NCBI GenBank assembly: GCA_048882385.1
Contig: JBHLRQ010000103.1
Location: 1-10,870, forward strand
Direction: 5' to 3'
DNA: 10,870 nt
Source: Candidatus Thorarchaeota archaeon
GTDB lineage: Archaea; Asgardarchaeota; Thorarchaeia; Thorarchaeales; Thorarchaeaceae
Shown here: piece by piece, positions 1 through 6,023 of the stretch
How positions within the stretch are numbered: position 1 is the first letter of the stretch
How the letters are laid out: every line of letters begins with the position of its first letter
Notes under the pieces: model-generated
Seen by the model: only the letters and a program-made list of their open reading frames with translations
The model's database searches: none
What the model was told of the DNA's origin: nothing
Translations under genes and position numbers: made by a program

Positions 1-429
1 TCTGATATCCGAATCTGTGATACTGAGGCAAAGCTTGGAGCAGTAGAGGTTGGAATTGGATTAATTCCATCATGGGGAGGATGCGCTAGACTCCCCAGAA
101 TTGTTGGACTTGGAAAGGCTATGGAGATGATTCTAACTGGTGGACAAATCACAGCGCAAGAGGCTCTAGATATGGGACTTGTGAGCAAAGTCGTTAGCAA
201 GGATGAGTTATTGAGCCAAGCTATGTGGTTCGGAGCAAAGTTTGGTGGAAATGCACCAGTAGCTTTGAAGCTTGCAAAACAAGCGACGCATATGGCTTTC
301 GAGAGTGACTATAAACACAATTTCGAGTATCAAATTGACGCTGGTGTTCAATGTTTCCACACAAAGGATCTTGCTGAGGGAATCGCCTCGGTCTTTGAGA
401 AAAGACGTGGAAAATTCACTGGAGAATAG
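1..429 (+). CDS. Enoyl-CoA hydratase/isomerase (crotonase family), 5'-truncated by window edge
   Basis: Frame 1 is open from base 1: SDIRICDTEAKLGAVEVGIGLIPSWGGCARLPRIVGLGKAMEMILTG...EGIASVFEKRRGKFTGE*. This matches the crotonase motifs (DIR, E-x2-IG-x-IP-x2-GG, RLPRxVG, C-terminal EG-x3-F-x-EKR). The ORF-track ATG at 121 is internal. Confidence 0.93.
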   Translation, partial: SDIRICDTEAKLGAVEVGIGLIPSWGGCARLPRIVGLGKAMEMILTGGQITAQEALDMGLVSKVVSKDELLSQAMWFGAKFGGNAPVALKLAKQATHMAFESDYKHNFEYQIDAGVQCFHTKDLAEGIASVFEKRRGKFTGE

Positions 430-442
430 TTTGTCCTGATTT

Positions 443-476
443 GACCCCGGTCCTCCGGGGTCTTTCTTCTCTTTTT
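443..476 (+). terminator. GC-rich hairpin plus pyrimidine/U tract (intrinsic-terminator-like)
   Basis: GACCCCGG(443-450)-TCCT-CCGGGGTC(455-462) is a perfect 8-bp stem, followed by TTTCTTCTCTTTTT, 13 nt after the stop at 429. Confidence 0.75.
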
Positions 477-493
477 CATGGTCAATCGTCAAC

Positions 494-581
494 CTTAATA
501 TGAGCTAAACTCCCGCAGTTACATACTGTAAACAATACGAGCCAATCTCTGGGTAAACAGAGTAGGCTCTCTCCATGGAGG
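494..581 (+). promoter_or_regulatory. Putative thiolase promoter/leader: TATA-like box, inverted repeat, hairpin and RBS
   Basis: TTAATA at 495-500; TTACA-TAC-TGTAA at 519-531; hairpin at 539-569; GGAGG at 577-581, 7 nt before ATG 589. Confidence 0.4.
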
Positions 582-588
582 AAATGAA

Positions 589-1755
589 ATGGCAAGAAAG
601 GTTGCTGTTGTCGCAGGCGGCCACAGCAAATTTGGAAAACGATATGATGCCACGATGAGAGAACTCTGTGCTGAGGCTTACAAACCAATCTATGATGATG
701 GACTCACGCAAGACAAAATAGATGCAAGTGTACTCTCATATGCAGCATCTCAATTCTCAGGTCAAGGCGCAGGATCAGCATTGATTGCAGACTATCTTGG
801 GCTTCACGACAAACCACACATGAGAGTTGAATCAGCTTGCACAACAGGAACTGCAAGCCTCAGGGCTGCTTGGGGAATGGTATCTGCAGGTCTCTATGAT
901 GTTATGCTTGTGTTGGGTGTTGAGCAGATGAACCGTGTGTCATCGGCCACTGCTACTGAATATATGTCACAAGCTGGTGATATGCGCTGGGAGTATCCTT
1001 TTGGAATTAGTTTCCCTGCATTCTATGCTCTAATGGCTTCTCGATATATGAGTGAGTATGGAATGGAACATGATACTCTGGCAAAAATATCTGTGAAATC
1101 CCATCATTATGGTGCTCAGAATCCGAAGGCTCATCTCCCCAAAGAGGTGTCCTTTGAGGAGGCAAACAATGCAGTACCAATTTGCAGACCCCTCAATCTC
1201 TATGACTGCAGTCTCATCACTGATGGTGCCGCTGGAGTAGTCATCGCAGCAGAAGATCGTGTAAAAGAGTTCACAGACCGCCCAATGTGGATAAAAGGAA
1301 TTGGAGCTGGAGCATCTGAGATGATGATTCAGGACCGTCCAAGTCTGACATCAATTCCAGGAGCAAAGCGTGCAGCAAAAGCAGCCTACAAAATGGCTGG
1401 AGTTGAACCCAAAGACATTGACATGGCTCAAGTACATGATTGTTTCTCTATTGCTGAACTAATTGCCTATGAAGACCTTGGTTTTGCTGAACCAGGTAAG
1501 GGTCCTGAGATGGTCGAGAATAAAGAGATGTATCACGATGGCAGAATCCCTGTGAACTGTGACGGTGGTCTAAAGAGTAAGGGACATCCACTTGGTGCAA
1601 CTGGAATTTCCATGACCTATGAGATCTTTAAACAGATGAGAGGAGAGGCTGAAAATCCGTCTAGGCAAATTGACGACGTGAAAGTTGGTCTAGCTCACAA
1701 TGTCGGACAATCAGGTCAGTTTGTCAATGTGTTCATCTTTGAGAGGGGATGGTAA
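589..1755 (+). CDS. SCP-x-type thiolase (acetyl-CoA C-acyltransferase family), 388 aa
   Basis: Nucleophile motif ESACTTG, HDCF motif, GHPLGATG, and C-terminal HNVG in place of CxG, which is typical of SCP-x/archaeal thiolases. GGAGG RBS; adjacent DUF35 gene. Confidence 0.95.
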   Translation: MARKVAVVAGGHSKFGKRYDATMRELCAEAYKPIYDDGLTQDKIDASVLSYAASQFSGQGAGSALIADYLGLHDKPHMRVESACTTGTASLRAAWGMVSAGLYDVMLVLGVEQMNRVSSATATEYMSQAGDMRWEYPFGISFPAFYALMASRYMSEYGMEHDTLAKISVKSHHYGAQNPKAHLPKEVSFEEANNAVPICRPLNLYDCSLITDGAAGVVIAAEDRVKEFTDRPMWIKGIGAGASEMMIQDRPSLTSIPGAKRAAKAAYKMAGVEPKDIDMAQVHDCFSIAELIAYEDLGFAEPGKGPEMVENKEMYHDGRIPVNCDGGLKSKGHPLGATGISMTYEIFKQMRGEAENPSRQIDDVKVGLAHNVGQSGQFVNVFIFERGW

Positions 1756-1758
1756 AGA

Positions 1759-2172
1759 ATGGCTGAACAAAAAGAAATCTATCTTGGATATTCCACAGAT
1801 AAAGCTGTAACACCATTCTTGCAGAAGTTTTTGGAAGCACTTGATGAAGGAAAACTCATGAAGAGCAAGTGTTCAAAATGTGGAGCTGAGTACTTACCTC
1901 CAAGACAGCACTGCCAGAAAGACATGACTGAATGTGAGCTTACCGAATTCACTGAACGTGAAGCAAAACTCTACTCCTATGTAATTGTAGACTTTGCTCC
2001 AGCCAGTCTTTCTGCAAAGCAGCCATATATTGTTGCCATTGGCGAGTTTCCATCCGGTTTGAAATTAACAGCTCACATAACAAATCCGATGGGTCCTCCC
2101 ACTGTTGGGATGCCTCTCAAACTTGCTTTTGATCATCAAGATAAGATGGTCACATACAAGTGGCTAGTATAA
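1759..2172 (+). CDS. DUF35 protein (rubredoxin-like Zn ribbon + OB fold; ChsH2-like thiolase partner), 137 aa
   Basis: CSKC-x5-PPR-x2-CQKD Zn ribbon followed by OB-fold strands (KLYSYVIV, PYIVAIGEF, VGMPLKLAF). Starts 3 nt after the thiolase stop. Confidence 0.92.
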   Translation: MAEQKEIYLGYSTDKAVTPFLQKFLEALDEGKLMKSKCSKCGAEYLPPRQHCQKDMTECELTEFTEREAKLYSYVIVDFAPASLSAKQPYIVAIGEFPSGLKLTAHITNPMGPPTVGMPLKLAFDHQDKMVTYKWLV

Positions 2173-2175
2173 TTC

Positions 2176-2199
2176 AAGGTGAGCCTTCGGGCTCTCCTT
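2176..2199 (+). terminator. cUUCGg tetraloop hairpin between convergent genes, probable terminator/stabiliser
   Basis: AAGG-T-GAGCC-TTCG-GGCTC-T-CCTT, followed by CTCCATTTTAT, just after the DUF35 stop. Confidence 0.65.
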
Positions 2200-2224
2200 C
2201 TCCATTTTATATCCCATCAGTCTT

Positions 2225-2464
2225 TCAGTGGAGTTTCAAGTAGATGATATAGATTACGAAAAGAATAGTCAAAATAATTGCTGGATAAAGAAACACAATC
2301 ATTCCATAGGATATATCGATTCCATATGTCTGATAGAGAGCAAAAGTTACAAGATATCCTACGAGGACAAAGGTCCAGATTGATACTACACAGACAGTCC
2401 ATACTTTAGGAAAAACGCTTTGCGGCTGTTCAATAACTCTCTCTTCATATTGCCCCTTTTCCAC
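2225..2464 (-). CDS. Small two-transmembrane-helix protein, unknown function, 79 aa
   Basis: GTG start with GGTG RBS 7 nt upstream. Two hydrophobic stretches (VWTVCVVSIWTFVLVGYLVTFALY; YGMIVFLYPAIILTILFVIYIIYL). Fills the gap downstream of the ferredoxin. Confidence 0.65.
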   Translation of the reverse strand: MEKGQYEERVIEQPQSVFPKVWTVCVVSIWTFVLVGYLVTFALYQTYGIDISYGMIVFLYPAIILTILFVIYIIYLKLH

Positions 2465-2500
2465 TCTCTAGCACCAGTCACATTGTTGGACTAGCACAGT

Positions 2501-2695
2501 TTAAGATTTCTTACTGTTATTTCTGAAAGAGATGCAGCCATTTGGACACTCATCAATGCAATTTCCACAGTCTTTACAATACTGAACATGAGCCACCTGC
2601 GGTTTCTCATCAAGTTTTTCATAGACTCCATACCTGCAAGTCTTAACACAAGTCCCGCAACCATCACAGCAATTCTCGTCCAATATTGTTGGGAT
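2501..2695 (-). CDS. 2x[4Fe-4S] dicluster ferredoxin (start uncertain: ATC 2695, ATT 2698 or TTG 2683)
   Basis: Two CxxCxxCxxxC motifs: CDGCGTCVKTCR and CKDCGNCIDECP. AGGTGA RBS at 2707-2702. Confidence 0.88.
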   Translation of the reverse strand: MPTILDENCCDGCGTCVKTCRYGVYEKLDEKPQVAHVQYCKDCGNCIDECPNGCISFRNNSKKS

Positions 2696-2707
2696 AATAA
2701 GTCACCT

Positions 2708-2742
2708 ATTTGATTTTGAGTTATCAAATGGAGTAAATATAT
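2708..2742 (-). promoter_or_regulatory. Putative ferredoxin promoter with palindromic operator
   Basis: Minus-strand ATATATTTA at 2742-2734; perfect inverted repeat ATTTGAT-N8-ATCAAAT at 2708-2729, between that box and the RBS. Confidence 0.4.
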
Positions 2743-2772
2743 GAATGATAGTTTAGTGACATAGATGAAGTA

Positions 2773-3126
2773 TCAATGCAGGGTATTATCGTATTTTGTC
2801 AGCTTTTCCAGAATCGATCCCCAACGAGTCTGCATTGTTACTGCCTTTAGTGTTTCGAGATAGATTTGAGATGCTTCTCTTGATTCACAGCATTCAATTT
2901 TCTCAAGAGCTGTATCAATCAAGTTCTTAATGTCATCCAATCTACGCCTACCTGCATTGCGTCTATACCCTGAAAAGACAACAAAATCCTTCTTAATATC
3001 CCTAAGTCCATTGATAAGCTGTGCTTCCTCTTGAACAATTGTCTTGAATTTATAGGAGCTCTCAAGAGACGCTCTCATAGCGCTAAGGCTTTGCTTCCAT
3101 ACATCTCTCTTATCTGAGCTGACCAT
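2773..3126 (-). CDS. Hypothetical, probably all-helical protein, about 117 aa (alternative TTG start 3129)
   Basis: GGAGA RBS at 3139-3135; fills otherwise empty space; amphipathic helical pattern and basic motif YRRNAGRRR. No family recognised. Confidence 0.72.
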   Translation of the reverse strand: MVSSDKRDVWKQSLSAMRASLESSYKFKTIVQEEAQLINGLRDIKKDFVVFSGYRRNAGRRRLDDIKNLIDTALEKIECCESREASQIYLETLKAVTMQTRWGSILEKLTKYDNTLH

Positions 3127-3138
3127 CAAATCAATCTC

Positions 3139-3218
3139 CGGGTGTTACATATCATATTGAAACATCCGACCAATTAAACATTGAGTGATACCCATGTAAT
3201 CGGCGCGAAGGCTTATTA
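3139..3218. promoter_or_regulatory. Divergent promoter region with imperfect 30-bp inverted repeat
   Basis: CGGGTGTTACA-TATCATAT-TGAAACATCCG at 3139-3168; minus-strand TTTAATT at 3178-3172; plus-strand BRE/TATA-like CGAAGG-C-TTATTA at 3206-3218. Confidence 0.45.
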
Positions 3219-3260
3219 CTCACCATGGACCAGAACGAGCAGTATTCAGGAGGAAGTGCT

Positions 3261-4046
3261 ATGTCTGAAGAGGAAGTTCTCTATGAAGTAACTGATGGCA
3301 TCGCAACCATCACAATAAACCGACCTACTAAATACAATGCTCTGAACCAAACAGTGCGAGCTGCCTTGAATGAATATTTCAAGAAAGCTGAAACTGATGA
3401 CTCGGTGAGGGTCATTGTCTTGACTGGTGCTGGTGAGAAAGCTTTCGCTGCGGGTGCGGATATCACTGGATTCCCAGGTATAGGTTCCAAAGAGGTACGT
3501 CCTGCAGCTAAGCAGGGACAGGATCTTAGCGTGTATATAGAGTCGATTGGCAAACCTGTGATTGCAGCCGTCAATGGTTTTGCACTGGGAGGAGGTTGTG
3601 AGCTTGCCATGGCCTGTGATATCCGGTACGCATCGGTTAATGCAAAATTCGGTCAACCTGAGATTCTTCTGGGTATCATTCCCGGATATGGAGGTACAGT
3701 TAGACTACCACGGCTTGTTGGTCTAGGAATTGCAAAAGAGCTCGTATTCACAGGAAATCAGATCACAGCAGAAGAAGCATTTCGAGTAGGTCTTGTAAAC
3801 AGAGTTTTTGAGTCGGTTGAAGCACTCCATGAAGGGGTCAAGGAACTAGCAACAAAGTTAGTGCAGATGCCAGGAGTAGCAATCAAGTTGGCAAAACAAT
3901 CATTGAATAGTACTTGGCAGAAAACACTCAGTGATAGCCTTGCATATGAGTTGGATGTATTTTGTCAAACATTCGATACCGAGGACAAAGAAGAAGGTGT
4001 AGCAGCTTTTCTTGAAAAACGTAAGGCCAGTTTCAAACACAAATAG
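3261..4046 (+). CDS. Enoyl-CoA hydratase (crotonase-like), 261 aa
   Basis: Oxyanion-hole motif AFAAGAD, GGGCELAMACD and QPEILLGIIPG, so both catalytic Glu are present. AGGAGG 7 nt before ATG 3261 and equal length to the 6024 paralog favour 3261 over 3225. Confidence 0.95.
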   Translation: MSEEEVLYEVTDGIATITINRPTKYNALNQTVRAALNEYFKKAETDDSVRVIVLTGAGEKAFAAGADITGFPGIGSKEVRPAAKQGQDLSVYIESIGKPVIAAVNGFALGGGCELAMACDIRYASVNAKFGQPEILLGIIPGYGGTVRLPRLVGLGIAKELVFTGNQITAEEAFRVGLVNRVFESVEALHEGVKELATKLVQMPGVAIKLAKQSLNSTWQKTLSDSLAYELDVFCQTFDTEDKEEGVAAFLEKRKASFKHK

Positions 4047-4049
4047 GAA

Positions 4050-4085
4050 CACAATCCAGATTCGAGATCAATCAAATCTGGTGTG
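4050..4085 (+). other. Intercistronic stem-loop without U tract
   Basis: CCAGATT(4056-4062) pairs with AATCTGG(4075-4081), extended by CACA/TGTG outside and GA/TC inside. Confidence 0.45.
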
Positions 4086-4106
4086 CTATTGAATCGAGGT
4101 GATGTA

Positions 4107-4871
4107 ATGACCACAGATGCAAAAGGAAGTATTGATACTAGTGGTGAAGAGATAGAGGAAACAAAGATAGCTTTAGGTTTACAAATCTTGAAACATGTCC
4201 GATCTCGACGTTCAATACGTGAGTTCACAGGTGGAAAAATCCCTGATGAGCATATCGAGCTGATATTAGAGGCAGCACGTCATGCACCAAGTCCAGAGAA
4301 TATGCTAATGATTCGTTTAATTGTGATACGAGATGATCAAGATACGAAAGAATTCCTTGCAGAAATAGCTCAAGAGAATGCACGTACAGTGTTTGGAACT
4401 GCTCCTTTTGAATTAACAAGTGGGAGAAATTGGTATATCCAAGACGAATTTCGAGCAGCTGTATTCTCTAGACTTCGTGAAGGAGCGTTGTTTAGGTATC
4501 CTGAGAAGAGTGACACAGTGATTATTGTTTGTGCATGCCCTGCATGGCATGACGCCACAAAGTTATATCCCAATGAACTCTTTGGTTCTGTTGTCGCAGG
4601 TATGGCAATTCAAAATATGTGGATGGTCGCAAGTGCAATGGGCTATGGTTGCGGCTATGAAGCATTAGTTTGCTCAGACTCTCGTCACACTCAGTTGATA
4701 CGCGATAGATTGGGGATACCACCCATTTGGTCACCGTTAACTGCATTCTGTATTGGGATTCCCATCTCGAAGAGACATCTCGGACCAAGCCGACCCCCAC
4801 TTGAAGGATTATTGTACGAGGAGCGATGGGGTAAACCATACACAAGAATTGCATTCAGAGAAAAGGAGTGA
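4107..4871 (+). CDS. Nitroreductase-family FMN-dependent oxidoreductase, 254 aa
   Basis: FMN-binding RSRRSIREF, ARHAPSPEN, AIQNMWMVASAMGYG and C-terminal RPPL-x5-EERWG. GAGGTGA RBS 4 nt before ATG 4107. Confidence 0.9.
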   Translation: MTTDAKGSIDTSGEEIEETKIALGLQILKHVRSRRSIREFTGGKIPDEHIELILEAARHAPSPENMLMIRLIVIRDDQDTKEFLAEIAQENARTVFGTAPFELTSGRNWYIQDEFRAAVFSRLREGALFRYPEKSDTVIIVCACPAWHDATKLYPNELFGSVVAGMAIQNMWMVASAMGYGCGYEALVCSDSRHTQLIRDRLGIPPIWSPLTAFCIGIPISKRHLGPSRPPLEGLLYEERWGKPYTRIAFREKE

Positions 4872-4876
4872 GAGAA

Positions 4877-6004
4877 ATGGAAGTCAAAAAAATAGCAGTA
4901 ATTGGTGCTGGTCTTATGGGTGCAGGAATCTCATATGTGTCACGAGCATCAGGATATGAAGTGATAATGACTGATTTGGATGATGACGCAATACAAAGAG
5001 GGCTGTCAAGATTCAATGGTTATGTGGAATCAGGAATCAAACGAGGAAAGTTATCACCCGAAGACGGTGAGAAGTTAGTCAGTAAGCTGACCACTACAAC
5101 AAACTTGAGTGAAGCTGTCAGTGATGTGGATCTGGTCATAGAAGCAGTTTTCGAAGATATGGATGTCAAGAAGAAACTATTCAGAGAAATGGACGATGTT
5201 GCAAAGCCCCACACAATCCTCGCTTCCAACACATCCTCCCTCAGCATAACCGAGCTTGGTAAAGTGACAAACCGACCGGACAAGGTAGTTGGGATGCACT
5301 ATTTCTCCCCTGTTCCTGCGATGAAGCTTCTAGAGGTCATAGTGGGACAAGAAACGAATGAGGACACTATTCAAACCGCTTTAGAGGTTGGCGAGAAGCA
5401 GAGAAAGATTACAGTGAAAGCAATCGATAGCCCAGGATTTATTGTCAACAGGCTCCGTGCTCAGATTGGGAGAGCAATATACCAAATATATGAACAAGGC
5501 TTAGCAAGTGCTGAAGAGATTGACACAGCAATGAAAGAGAAGTTCGGTGTACCGATGGGATCATTGGAACTGGCTGACTTTGTTGGCTTGGATGTATCAC
5601 TTGGTACAGGGAGTACTCTCGAGAGTGAATTGGGAGAATGCTACAAGGTTCCTGAAATACTCAAGAAATTTGTGAAAGAAGGAAGACTCGGAAGAAAGAC
5701 AGGCAAGGGTTTCTATGCATATGTGGATGGACAGAAACGGTCACTTGACGAGCCAAAGGGTGCAGATCCGGACTGGTTGGTCAACCGGATAATCATGCCA
5801 TATCTTAGAGAAGCCATGATTGAACTAGAGAATGGAATTGCTTCGAAAGAAGACATTGACAAGGCCATGAAACTTGGTTCTAACTACAAAGAAGGACCCT
5901 TTGAAACAATTGAACGACTTGGGCTTGACAAGGTGCGTGAGGAGTTGTTGAAACTCCAAGAAGAATTTGGTACCTGTTACAGCCTACCCAAGATGCTTCA
6001 GTGA
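4877..6004 (+). CDS. 3-hydroxyacyl-CoA dehydrogenase with duplicated C-terminal domain, 375 aa
   Basis: Rossmann motif VIGAGLMG, IEAVFE, ASNTSS, catalytic GMHYFSP...LLE, PGFIVNR and GRKTGKGFY. A second C-terminal domain repeat follows (LVNRII...EDIDKAMKLG...GPF...LGLD). The RBS GGAGTGA overlaps the upstream stop. Confidence 0.95.
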   Translation: MEVKKIAVIGAGLMGAGISYVSRASGYEVIMTDLDDDAIQRGLSRFNGYVESGIKRGKLSPEDGEKLVSKLTTTTNLSEAVSDVDLVIEAVFEDMDVKKKLFREMDDVAKPHTILASNTSSLSITELGKVTNRPDKVVGMHYFSPVPAMKLLEVIVGQETNEDTIQTALEVGEKQRKITVKAIDSPGFIVNRLRAQIGRAIYQIYEQGLASAEEIDTAMKEKFGVPMGSLELADFVGLDVSLGTGSTLESELGECYKVPEILKKFVKEGRLGRKTGKGFYAYVDGQKRSLDEPKGADPDWLVNRIIMPYLREAMIELENGIASKEDIDKAMKLGSNYKEGPFETIERLGLDKVREELLKLQEEFGTCYSLPKMLQ

Positions 6005-6023
6005 TATAGGAGTGAGGCGATTC

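Noticed and set aside
121-429. 102-aa ORF as a complete gene
   Set aside because: The frame is open back to base 1 with crotonase motifs, so this is the tail of a longer gene.
208-711. Short minus-strand ORFs 208..492, 482..688 and 505..711
   Set aside because: They are antisense to well-supported genes or run across terminator/promoter DNA, with no motifs or RBS.
1753-1761. Thiolase and DUF35 are in frame (TAA AGA ATG), suggesting a readthrough fusion
   Set aside because: TAA is an efficient stop, no stimulatory element is seen, and a purine-rich RBS lies in the thiolase 3' end. Ordinary translational coupling explains it.
2702-2704. In-frame TGA upstream of the ferredoxin as selenocysteine
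   Set aside because: It is part of the AGGTGA RBS, has no nearby upstream start, and does not align with a Cys position.
2491-2727. 78-aa minus-strand ORF overlapping the ferredoxin; also 2217..2402
   Set aside because: These are alternative-frame shadows of the ferredoxin and the membrane protein, with no RBS or recognisable features.
3225-3260. Longer ORF-track starts at 3225, 4083, 4868, 5967 and 7785
   Set aside because: RBS position, paralog length and family N-termini support 3261, 4107, 4877, 6024 and 7839.
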